From Candidatus Heimdallarchaeota archaeon (GTDB lineage: Archaea; Asgardarchaeota; Heimdallarchaeia; JABLTI01), in assembly GCA_030614005.1 (NCBI GenBank), contig JAUWKS010000018.1, positions 1 through 32,000 on the forward strand: DNA of 32,000 bases, given 5' to 3'. Below the pieces are notes generated by a model, which saw only the letters and a list, made by a program, of their open reading frames with translations, was not told where the DNA came from and made no database searches. Both the position numbers and the translations under genes were made by a program. This document shows, in pieces, positions 8,755-17,336 of this stretch. Within the stretch, counting starts at the first letter, position 1, and each line of letters begins with the position of its first letter.

Positions 8755-8781
8755 ATTTCATTCTTTTCTTTCTCTTTTTTG
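8755..8781 (+). terminator. T-rich archaeal-type terminator
   Basis: atttcattcttttctttctctttttt right after the stop codon. Confidence 0.5.
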
Positions 8782-8867
8782 AGTAAACAATTTTTTTAAT
8801 CTACTCAGTTCTTGGAAAAATTACTAATTCTTTTATAGTTGATTATCTAAAGATAGGTTGTAGAATA

Positions 8868-8886
8868 TTCCCAAACTATCTGGGAA
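8868..8886. promoter_or_regulatory. Candidate operator palindrome upstream of the GT2 gene
   Basis: TTCCCA-N7-TGGGAA about 130 nt upstream of the ATG at 9014. Confidence 0.25.
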
Positions 8887-9013
8887 CATTTCCATCTATA
8901 TGTCGAAAGACAGTTAATTACTAACAATGAGAATCGATATTAGCTAGCTATTCGAAAATGAACGCTCTATTTCTCGTTAATTGTAATTAATTACCAATCG
9001 GAGATAAACTATA

Positions 9014-10298
9014 ATGAATGTGAGTTTACTAACTATATTAGCAATAGTCTATTTGGTAATAGCAATTATTTCAATAATCTATTTCATTTTAATAACATTT
9101 GAAAGACCAGATATATTATTCCAAGAAGAATTCGGAAAATTATCAGAAGAACCTTTTGTCAGTATCATTGTCCCAACATACAATGAAGAAAATAACATTT
9201 TGACTTGTCTACACTCCCTTAAAATGCTAGACTATTCAAATTATGAAATAATCCTTTCTGACGGCGGTTCAAATGATAGAACAGTAGAACTAGCAAAACC
9301 CTATGTTGACAAAGTTCTTGTTGAGGAAACTTTGCCTGAAGGTTGGATTGGAAAAAATTATGGTTGCCACATTGCAAGTGAAATTGCAAAAGGAGAAATA
9401 TTACTCTTTACAGATGCAGACACCTTTCATCGGCGTGATTCCCTTAAGAAAACAGTTAGTGTTCTTCTGCAAAAGAATGCTGGGCTACTGTCGATGATGC
9501 CTTACCAGCGAGTAGAAAAATGGTGGGAAAGTATTGTACCAATTTATTTCTTTCTTTCTCTCTCATTTAGCCTCAGAAGGTAAGAAAAATATAAATGATC
9601 CAAATAAGCCAACTAACTTTCTAGCTATTGGACAATATCTACTGTTTACTCGAGAAGCTTATGAGAAAATCGGTGGACATGTACGTCTGAAAGGGTCTAT
9701 AATTGAAGATTTTGCGTTTGCTCGAGTGGTAAAAACGCAATTGAATTCACTCTATTTTATGGATAGTCACAAGTTGGTTGCAGTTCGAATGTATCCAGAT
9801 TCTCCAAGACATATGTGGACCGGATTCAAAAAATGTCTCTACGCTGGAACAAAATTCACTCCAAATAAAAGAATAATCTATATTATTTTTTCAGCAATCT
9901 GGGCGATTACTTCACCAATAACAATCGTTTTAGCAATATTATACAGTAATTGGGTTTGGATATTGGTATTCAGTTTGATAATGCTAGTCTATCCTGTTCA
10001 AATGATGATCTATTGGCATGGAAAAGGAAAGCATTTTTATTTATCTTATCTCTTCTTTCCCGTGCTATTGATGGCATTCCTCTTTACGCTGGGAGTGTCA
10101 ACACTTGAGATTCTTATAACAAAGAAAACTACTTGGAAGGGAAGGACTTACTCTCCTGATCTTAAAGCCGGTTTAAATGATAATGGAAAATATGGACTTG
10201 AAGTTGGGGAGATAGTCTTTGAAGACCCTCCTCTAGACCCTGACTTTAATTTTACTCCACAATCAAAAATGGCTAGCGAATTATTTCAAGATTCTTAA
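9014..10298 (+). pseudogene. Glycosyltransferase family 2 (CrtQ/HpnB-like, membrane-bound), frameshifted into two ORFs (9014..9583 and 9534..10298)
   Basis: ORF1 has SIIVPTYNEE, DGGSND, GWIGKNYGC and FTDAD. ORF2 has AIGQYLLFTREAYEKIGG, IEDFAFAR and C-terminal TM helices. The frame changes within (TTTC)3 at 9547-9558, and removing one unit gives one 426-aa ORF. Confidence 0.85.
9547..9564 (+). repeat. Short simple-sequence tract (TTTC)3 followed by (TC)3 at the frameshift site
   Basis: Sequence tttctttctttctctctc read directly at 9547-9564. Confidence 0.85.
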
Positions 10299-10358
10299 AA
10301 CAATACACCATCAACGAAGTTAATGATAGAAATGATTGGATATTTATTCTGATCATTT

Positions 10359-11138
10359 CTATTGGTTACCCTTTCTGAAAGTCACTAATTCTGGTTGAAC
10401 AAAATTCAGTGCTTTATCAAATTTAGTCTTGTTCCTTTTCATTCCTAGAAATTTAGATATTTGCTCAATCGTTTTCTCAGATTTATTAATCAAATCATCA
10501 AAAGTAATCACTAAACATTTCTTATTTTCAGAGAATTTTTCCATTTTTAAATAAGCCTTGCTAATTATTTGTTCAAGAAAATTCTCGTTCTCTAATAATC
10601 TTCCTGTTGCAAAATATTTTGAGAGTAGCCTTATGACTAAATGTACCCGATAAATATAATTATCAAAGAGACTTAGCTCATGATGGAAAGATGAGTAGAA
10701 ATTTGTTTGAACACTGATTTTCATTATTGAATTTGCAATTTGAGTTACATCTCTTTTTAGAATAATGTAGTGTGGATCTTCAAGCAAACTATCAATATAA
10801 TGTATTATATGAAATGAAGATGGGTCCTTCCAACCCCAATAAGGTTCTTTGCTATTTCTAGCAATTGTCTCCTGAGCGCGTGTCCAGTTTTTCTCAACTG
10901 CTTGCTTTAGTTTTAATTCTGATGGGTAATCAAAATAAATTCCGGATGAACCTGCATCATACAAAATTCTATGACTTAATTTCAAGAAATCCTGATTTTC
11001 AAAACAACCGTATTTGTTGACATGTTGCCCTTTTATCAAATCACTTTTCTTTCCCATGTAAACTCCTAAATAATGTAAAACACCGGAGAGTACGGTAGAA
11101 CCTGATCGCAATACACACAATGGCACAACTGTTTTCAT
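10359..11138 (-). CDS. Sulfotransferase-family protein
   Basis: 5'-PSB-like LRSGSTVLSGVLHYLGVYMG, G.FENQDF, WGWKDP, 3'-PB-like LKRD...ANS, and ITFDDLI. Confidence 0.8.
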   Translation of the reverse strand: MKTVVPLCVLRSGSTVLSGVLHYLGVYMGKKSDLIKGQHVNKYGCFENQDFLKLSHRILYDAGSSGIYFDYPSELKLKQAVEKNWTRAQETIARNSKEPYWGWKDPSSFHIIHYIDSLLEDPHYIILKRDVTQIANSIMKISVQTNFYSSFHHELSLFDNYIYRVHLVIRLLSKYFATGRLLENENFLEQIISKAYLKMEKFSENKKCLVITFDDLINKSEKTIEQISKFLGMKRNKTKFDKALNFVQPELVTFRKGNQ

Positions 11139-11142
11139 ATAG

Positions 11143-12912
11143 TTAGAGCATCCCTTTTACTTTTACAAAATCCTTTTCTGAGTAGTTCTTTATTTTACTA
11201 AATTCGTTCTTTTTCCAAATACTTACAATTTCATCGAATGTTAGTTCTTTGAGGATTTCACTTATTGTTATTCTCATTAGAACTTCTTTTGTGTAAGGTC
11301 TCTTAGAGTCTTGAAATGCTATTGCTTCTAATAAATCTTTAGAAATTCGAGAATTAAGAGCAGTGCACCCGAAAAGAGCTTCTTCGTATGTTTCAAACCC
11401 TAGGTAATAACATGTGTCATCCAGCATTACTGGAAGATTATTAATGGGTTCAATTAAAGCGAATCTTGGTTCTTTGTACATGCCACCAATAGCAATTTTG
11501 AAAGGACGAAATGCATATTTACCAATACCGAAAATTGAAAACGGTGCTTTGTTTTTATAGATAGAAGATTTTCTTTTAGTGAAGTAGTCAATTTTTGCGT
11601 TAAGATATTTCCAAGTCTTTGGATAAGAAAATTCTATGTATGTAGTATCTTCATTCAATTTTTTGTGTGGAATGATTATTCTTCTTTTCGTTTCTTGTAT
11701 TTCAAACGTTCTCAAGTTGGAACCCTTTGCCAATGGATAAAGTAAATTCTGCTCAATATCTATTAAGTCTCCTAATTTATTTGTTAATTCATCCTTTTTG
11801 TTAAAAGACAATTCCAATATTCTAGAACAATCGTGTTTAACCCCTTGTCTCCATACATATTTCGAATTGCCATCATAAGTGCTGACTTTTCTATACTTAT
11901 CAATATCCGAAACAAATTTGTTCTCTGTCCATCCAAATTTCTTAATCAAAATTTCCGGTTTATTCAAATCATAAACTTTGCAATAATTGATATTTTTTGA
12001 ACCATGTAAATCAAAAACAAACAATGAAGCATTGCATGATTTGCCAAATTCTTTCATAGCATCAATTTGATATTGCTGTAAATTGGCTATTTTTCGTTCA
12101 GATGTCAGCAGTCCTTTTGTGAAATTTCTAATAACAGTATTTTTACAGAGTAAAGCTACTTTGCCTTCACAACTGGAGAAATTATCAATCATTTTTTGGA
12201 TAATTGATTCAGCTATATCGAAATTGCTCTTACCTGTTAAGGCTTCAATTCCTACTAAATTCATTTGATTGCTTTTATTTGGAAGGTTACTTGAATTCAA
12301 TGAACCCAATTCGGCATTAGTGATCCATGGAGGATTTCCAATTATCAGAATAGGTGTATGCTCTAGAGAACTAACTAGTTCCGTAAAGTCATGAGTAAAG
12401 ATATTGTCCGTGTGAACAAATATATCTAGTTCTGGTATAGGTTTTTCTGCATATCTTAGTAAAAGTGAATTGATGCCAAAATTCCATTTGCGTTCTTTTT
12501 GAATTTCAACACCATAAATCACTCCTGCATTAGGAAAATACTCTGATGCTTGAAGAATAAAATTACCATCACCAAATGTTGGCTCAATGATAACTCCTGG
12601 TTGAATGCCTGTTAAAATAATTAAATTAAATACTTTTTTCACTAAATTTTGTGGTGTTTGGATATCTGCCCATTCACTGCTTTTATGAATTATTTTTGAA
12701 AATTTTTCTTGAGATTCCATTAAAATTAAATAATTCTTAAATTTAAGCAATTCTTCTTGAGAGCTGAAAAAATCAATTATTTGCGTTAACTCTTTGAAGA
12801 TTTTATTTGCTAACTCATAATTTGTTGATTTGTCAAAGAGTGATATTACTTTCGAAAAATACTTTCTTTTATCATCCTCGCTCAAACTTACAAATTCTCC
12901 TGCATAATTCAA
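11143..12912 (-). CDS. Amino (N6-A/N4-C) DNA methyltransferase, gamma class (TaqI/Eco57I-like), no cognate nuclease seen
   Basis: Motif I EPTFGDGNF precedes motif IV IGNPPW, followed by a long C-terminal TRD-like region. TTG start. Confidence 0.8.
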   Translation of the reverse strand: MNYAGEFVSLSEDDKRKYFSKVISLFDKSTNYELANKIFKELTQIIDFFSSQEELLKFKNYLILMESQEKFSKIIHKSSEWADIQTPQNLVKKVFNLIILTGIQPGVIIEPTFGDGNFILQASEYFPNAGVIYGVEIQKERKWNFGINSLLLRYAEKPIPELDIFVHTDNIFTHDFTELVSSLEHTPILIIGNPPWITNAELGSLNSSNLPNKSNQMNLVGIEALTGKSNFDIAESIIQKMIDNFSSCEGKVALLCKNTVIRNFTKGLLTSERKIANLQQYQIDAMKEFGKSCNASLFVFDLHGSKNINYCKVYDLNKPEILIKKFGWTENKFVSDIDKYRKVSTYDGNSKYVWRQGVKHDCSRILELSFNKKDELTNKLGDLIDIEQNLLYPLAKGSNLRTFEIQETKRRIIIPHKKLNEDTTYIEFSYPKTWKYLNAKIDYFTKRKSSIYKNKAPFSIFGIGKYAFRPFKIAIGGMYKEPRFALIEPINNLPVMLDDTCYYLGFETYEEALFGCTALNSRISKDLLEAIAFQDSKRPYTKEVLMRITISEILKELTFDEIVSIWKKNEFSKIKNYSEKDFVKVKGML

Positions 12913-13109
12913 CTACTGATTGTTACTACAACATATACTTTATTATCAACATTTTCCCATTCACTAAAAACTTTTTTTCGTCGAAAAGATAATATACAGA
13001 TAATACATTCAAAGTACCGTGAACTAACTGCTCTTATCGAGCAAATTTCCTGAGAGTCTACAGGGTGAATGGACTTTCAGATAACAGGTCTCTTGAGTTG
13101 ACTTTATAG

Positions 13110-13709
13110 ATGAATGATAGTGATACATTTGACAAATTATTTGCCGAATTAGGTAACCAAGATATAAAAGAACGGTCAAAAGCTGTTGATGTTTTAGCTT
13201 CAATAGATAATAAAAAAATACTTAGCCATTTGATCTCTTTTCTTATATCAGATTCTTCTCGAATTGTACGAGAAGGTGCATGTAAGACTCTTGGCAAAAT
13301 TGGTGATAAACAAGCAACAGATACTCTCATTTTAGCTCTTAATGATTCTGAAGAAAGTGTCCGTTATCAAGCAACGATAGCTTTAGGACATATAGGTGAT
13401 ACAAAGGCTGTCAACCCACTATTGTCAATTTTGAAACGAAAAGATGATCCCCTTGTAAGATCTGAAGCAGCAAAAGCACTTGGTTTAATTGGCGATCCTA
13501 GCGCTCTAAAAATACTTCTTAATATTCTCAAGAAAGAAGAAGATCGATTTATCAAATACCATGTTGTGACTTCATTAGGAAGTATCGGCGAACCAAAAGC
13601 AAAGAAAGCTCTTGAAAAAATAATCAAAGATGAATCTGATGATAGATTGATTTTACGTTCAAGAGAAGCCCTTGAAAAAATAGATAAAAATAATATTGTT
13701 GCTGGATAA
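13110..13709 (+). CDS. HEAT-repeat (PBS lyase HEAT-like) protein
   Basis: About 31-aa repeats such as VREGACKTLGKIGD, VRYQATIALGHIGD, VRSEAAKALGLIGD. Confidence 0.9.
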   Translation: MNDSDTFDKLFAELGNQDIKERSKAVDVLASIDNKKILSHLISFLISDSSRIVREGACKTLGKIGDKQATDTLILALNDSEESVRYQATIALGHIGDTKAVNPLLSILKRKDDPLVRSEAAKALGLIGDPSALKILLNILKKEEDRFIKYHVVTSLGSIGEPKAKKALEKIIKDESDDRLILRSREALEKIDKNNIVAG

Positions 13710-13731
13710 AAAAAGAGTAGCAATATTCCTT

Positions 13732-14547
13732 TTACCATTTTGGTCGTAGAAAAGGAATATCTGCAAATCGTTTTTCTTTTTTAATTGAATCAATTAATTT
13801 AATATCTTCTGAATCTAGTTTGAGCTTTGTTGAGTCCAAATTGCTTTGTAGATGATCAACGTTGGCGCTCTTAGGTATTGGTATAGCTTTTTTGTACATA
13901 ATCCAGGCTAATGATACTTGTGCTGCACTTGTTTTATGTTTTTGAGCAATTGATACCAATTCTGGTACTTGATTAAATCTACCGTGCATTAGTGGAAAAT
14001 ACGCTACTAATGAGATTTTACTTTTATTGAGGTAATCTAGTAATTCCTTTTGTTTCAACCAAGGATGCATTTCTACTTGATTTGCAATAATGTGATTTTC
14101 AGTCATAGAAAGTGCTTCATCTAGTAGTTTTTGTGTGAAATTTGAGACAGCAATATGCTTTATTTTTCCCTCTTCGATTAATTCATCCATAGCTTTTAGT
14201 GTGCTTTTCAATTTGCTTGTTTTTTTAATTGGCCAATGAATGTAGAGAATATCAATATAATTCATTTGCAATCGTTTCAAACTTCGTTCTGTACTTTTTT
14301 TCACTTTGGCATAACTGAAATTGGATATCCAGAGTTTGGTTGCTAAAATAATCTTTTCTCTTGGAACATCTGACTCTAAAATTGCTTTTCCTACCGTTTT
14401 TTCATTGAAATAAATCTGAGCCGTATCTATAAATCGAAAACCGTAATTTATACCAGATTTCATTGCTTCTTTAGCTTCATCAGAATTTGATTGCATTGTA
14501 CCTAATCCAATTTTAGGTAATTTTAGATGTGTCATTTCTTTCACCAA
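13732..14547 (-). CDS. Aldo/keto reductase
   Basis: IGLGT, catalytic tetrad in IDTAQIY / ATKLW / YIHWP, plus IAVSNF, NQVEMHP and IPIPKS. Confidence 0.95.
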   Translation of the reverse strand: MVKEMTHLKLPKIGLGTMQSNSDEAKEAMKSGINYGFRFIDTAQIYFNEKTVGKAILESDVPREKIILATKLWISNFSYAKVKKSTERSLKRLQMNYIDILYIHWPIKKTSKLKSTLKAMDELIEEGKIKHIAVSNFTQKLLDEALSMTENHIIANQVEMHPWLKQKELLDYLNKSKISLVAYFPLMHGRFNQVPELVSIAQKHKTSAAQVSLAWIMYKKAIPIPKSANVDHLQSNLDSTKLKLDSEDIKLIDSIKKEKRFADIPFLRPKW

Positions 14548-14702
14548 ATTAAGTAGATAATTGATTCTATATCACTCTCTCCATTTAGAAACTATTAATT
14601 AAAACAAGTAAAGATTAATATTTTTTTCTTATATCAAATATTGAAGAATAACTTTGCTTTTAGAATAAAAAAAGATGGTTTTGAGCATTAATTTAGCTCA
14701 AA

Positions 14703-15785
14703 TTATTGAACGGATATGTTCCAACCATAAGGATCTTCTATGCGTCCATATTGAATTCCGGTTAAGAGTTCATAGAGCTTTGTAGAAATATCCCCTACTT
14801 TAAAATCGTTAATAATGAATTTTTCATTTTTATAGAACAATTCTCCAACAGGTGCTATTGAAGCAGCAGTTCCAGCACCAAAAGTTTCTGTCAGGCTACC
14901 ATTCTTAATTGTTTCAGTTACCTTTTCGATTGTTAATTTTTCTTCCTTAACTTTGTAACCGTTATCTTTTGCCAATGTAATAACACTGTTTCTAGTGACT
15001 CCTTTGAGAATCGTTCCATCAAGTGGAGCAGTATAGATTATATCATCAATGACAAAGAATTGATTCATTGTTCCTACTTCTTCGACATATTTATGCTCTT
15101 TAGCATCTAACCACAGAACCTGATTATATCCTAATTCTTTTGCTTTTCTAAAAGCAAGTAAACTGGCAGAATAGTTCCCTCCGGTTTTTGCTTCCCCAAC
15201 TCCACCTTCTACAGCACGAATATGCTTCTCTTCAACAAATATTTTGATGGGATTGAATCCTTCTGAAAAATAAGGACCAACTGGTGTTAGTATAATATAG
15301 AAAAGATATTCCTTTGAACTCTTTAAACCAAGCATCCCTTCTGTTCCTATCAATGTTGGGCGAATATATAATGAAGTTCCTTGAGATTTTGGAGTCCATT
15401 GCTTATCGATAGAAACTAAATTTTGTAGAGCACTTAGAAAATCTTCTTCAGGGAAAGGTGTCATATCCATTCTTTTAGCAGATGCAACCATGCGCTTAGC
15501 ATTCATTTCTGGTCGGAAAAAAGAAACACCATCCTTTTTCTCTTGCCTGAAAGCTTTCATTCCTTCAAAGATTTCTTGAGAATAATGTAAAACATTTGCA
15601 GCGGGATGTAGGGATAACATTCCAAAGGGTTTGATTTGTGCATTTTGCCACTTTTCATCTTTGAATTCAGCAGTAAACATATGATCAGTAAAGATTTTGC
15701 TGAAGCCCAAGTTTGATTCATCGTCTGGCACTGAACCTCTTTTAGATTCGGGTTTTAAGTTCAAAGTCGCTTTCATTTCATTCAC
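14703..15785 (-). CDS. ilvE: Branched-chain amino acid aminotransferase
   Basis: FTDHMF, LHYSQEIFEGMKA, LYIRP, PLP Lys in AKTGGNY, EEVGTMN, ILKGVTR, GAGTAA. Probable start is the ATG at 15776 after TTAGGTGA. Confidence 0.95.
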   Translation of the reverse strand: MNEMKATLNLKPESKRGSVPDDESNLGFSKIFTDHMFTAEFKDEKWQNAQIKPFGMLSLHPAANVLHYSQEIFEGMKAFRQEKKDGVSFFRPEMNAKRMVASAKRMDMTPFPEEDFLSALQNLVSIDKQWTPKSQGTSLYIRPTLIGTEGMLGLKSSKEYLFYIILTPVGPYFSEGFNPIKIFVEEKHIRAVEGGVGEAKTGGNYSASLLAFRKAKELGYNQVLWLDAKEHKYVEEVGTMNQFFVIDDIIYTAPLDGTILKGVTRNSVITLAKDNGYKVKEEKLTIEKVTETIKNGSLTETFGAGTAASIAPVGELFYKNEKFIINDFKVGDISTKLYELLTGIQYGRIEDPYGWNISVQ

Positions 15786-15822
15786 CTAATCTAGATACAA
15801 ATAATGTTAGAAAAAGCTTTGG

Positions 15823-15842
15823 ATAAAAAAAAGAGAAAAAGG
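15823..15842 (-). terminator. T-rich terminator-like tract in the ilvE upstream region
   Basis: Minus strand CCTTTTTCTCTTTTTTTTAT, similar to post-gene tracts elsewhere in the window, but no long minus-strand gene ends here. Confidence 0.3.
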
Positions 15843-15925
15843 TTAAGTAAAATTGTGTCTTCTCGTGTCAATTTAAAAGTTAATCTATTATGGTTTTTCT
15901 TATAGCGTAAAAAGTCAGAACTATA

Positions 15926-15937
15926 TTAAACAACCAT
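15926..15937 (-). promoter_or_regulatory. Candidate minimal leader uORF Met-Val-Val-stop with a strong RBS upstream of ilvE
   Basis: Minus strand TTAGGTGAAT-TATT-ATG GTT GTT TAA. The same 10-mer TTAGGTGAAT precedes ilvE. Confidence 0.3.
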
Positions 15938-16042
15938 AATAATTCACCTAAATGAAAACTGACCGACAGATTGTGGCGAAAAACTTCAGCAAATAAAATC
16001 GTTATAGTCTCATAACTTCGGATAGATTGGATAAAGGATTCA

Positions 16043-16744
16043 TTGGAGCGATTTATTGTGCATTCAAATGTAGTATTAAGTTTACAAGCAAAAACACAGC
16101 ATGCTATGTTAGAACAAATCATATTAGCAGAATTTGCTAAAATAACTATTTTAGAAATACGAGCAGATTTTTTGATGAAAAGTGAACTTAATTTTGAAAC
16201 CATAAAAATGATTCGAAAAGCTACCAATAAACAAATTATTTTTACACTCAGAAAAGAAAGCGAAGGTGGTTTTTGTACCCTTACTGAAGATGAACGATTT
16301 GAATTCTTTAAAGAAGCAATTCATCTTGGATATGATTTTATAGATGTGGAATACACTTCGAAAGAACTAGTACAAAAATTATTCCAGATCAAACATTCAA
16401 CAAAGATCATTTTATCATATCAAAATCATAGAGATACAGACCCTATAATTATAGCTAATAATTATCTCAATATGAGCTATCAAAAACCTGATGTAATAAA
16501 AATTGCAACAATGGCCAATAAAGAAGATGACAATGAAATTCTTCAAAAGTTGCTTGAAAGTCATAAAGTAGATTCAACATCTTTGACGTGTTTTTGTTTT
16601 GGGGATTTAGGCAAGAAGAGTAGAATTTTCGGATTGAAAAATAATAATGCATTTACTTATGTAGCAACAGAGAAACGAAAAAAAACTTTTCCTGGACAAC
16701 TTACTTATGAAGAATTATTAAAGTTAAAAAATGAACCATATTAG
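16043..16744 (+). CDS. aroD: Type I 3-dehydroquinate dehydratase (start uncertain)
   Basis: LEIRADFL, IFTLRKESEGG, DFIDVE, Schiff-base Lys in DVIKIAT, GKKSRI, PGQL. The usual S-Y-H reads S-Y-Q. Confidence 0.85.
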   Translation: MERFIVHSNVVLSLQAKTQHAMLEQIILAEFAKITILEIRADFLMKSELNFETIKMIRKATNKQIIFTLRKESEGGFCTLTEDERFEFFKEAIHLGYDFIDVEYTSKELVQKLFQIKHSTKIILSYQNHRDTDPIIIANNYLNMSYQKPDVIKIATMANKEDDNEILQKLLESHKVDSTSLTCFCFGDLGKKSRIFGLKNNNAFTYVATEKRKKTFPGQLTYEELLKLKNEPY

Positions 16745-16849
16745 CTCTTTCTAATCTGTAAGAGTAGAATAAGAAAGACTTTGAAGGAAGTATATCTTCA
16801 TTTTGAATTTGTTTCTTCATTTTGTTTGGGTGAGTTTATATAATACTTC

Positions 16850-16910
16850 ATACTTTCTAAGTATAGTAGAATGCTATAATATAGTAATTTACTCTATCAG
16901 ACATAGAGTA
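16850..16910. promoter_or_regulatory. Two palindromes in the promoter region of the AbrB-receptor cluster
   Basis: ATACTT-tct-AAGTAT (16850-16864) and TACTCTAT-cagac-ATAGAGTA (16890-16910), downstream of a TTTATATA box near 16835. Confidence 0.35.
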
Positions 16911-16943
16911 TTATTGTAGAATAAAATTTTCTGGGTGCTTTGA

Positions 16944-17309
16944 GTGAAAGAACAATATAGCTCTAGTTCAATTCTAACACTAAATGTTACAGAGAATCAT
17001 AAACTACTTTATTTCAATTTGCCAAAGGAGATTATCCTAAAGCTGAATTTGACCGAAAATGATTTACTTGAATTTGATATAAGAGGAAATCAGTTCTATT
17101 GCCGGAAAAAAGGTTCAAAAGCAACGCTACGAAATACGGATAATATTATCTTTGCTGGTTTAAAAGTTGAACGAACAATTACACGGAATAATACTATTCT
17201 ACGAACAAATCTTCCGAAAGAAGTAGCTCAACCCTTGACTATTGTAAAAGGAGATAAAGTTGAGATCGCTCTTGAGAAGAAGGTTATAGTTGGAAAAAAA
17301 ATTCACTAA
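16944..17309 (+). CDS. Tandem AbrB/SpoVT-like domain protein
   Basis: Two repeats of the swapped-hairpin signature: YFNLPKEIILKLNLTENDLLEF and RTNLPKEVAQPLTIVKGDKVEI. GTG start. Confidence 0.7.
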   Translation: MKEQYSSSSILTLNVTENHKLLYFNLPKEIILKLNLTENDLLEFDIRGNQFYCRKKGSKATLRNTDNIIFAGLKVERTITRNNTILRTNLPKEVAQPLTIVKGDKVEIALEKKVIVGKKIH

Positions 17310-17336
17310 AAATGAATATTCACAGGAGAAAAAAGA

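Noticed and set aside
11143-12912. Complete type II or IIG restriction-modification system
   Set aside because: No PD-(D/E)xK or HNH nuclease gene or domain recognised. Neighbours are a sulfotransferase and a HEAT protein.
13060-13112. In-frame TAG directly before the HEAT gene ATG (possible pyrrolysine read-through)
   Set aside because: The upstream frame is short and featureless, and there are no pyl genes or other amber-interrupted genes in the window.
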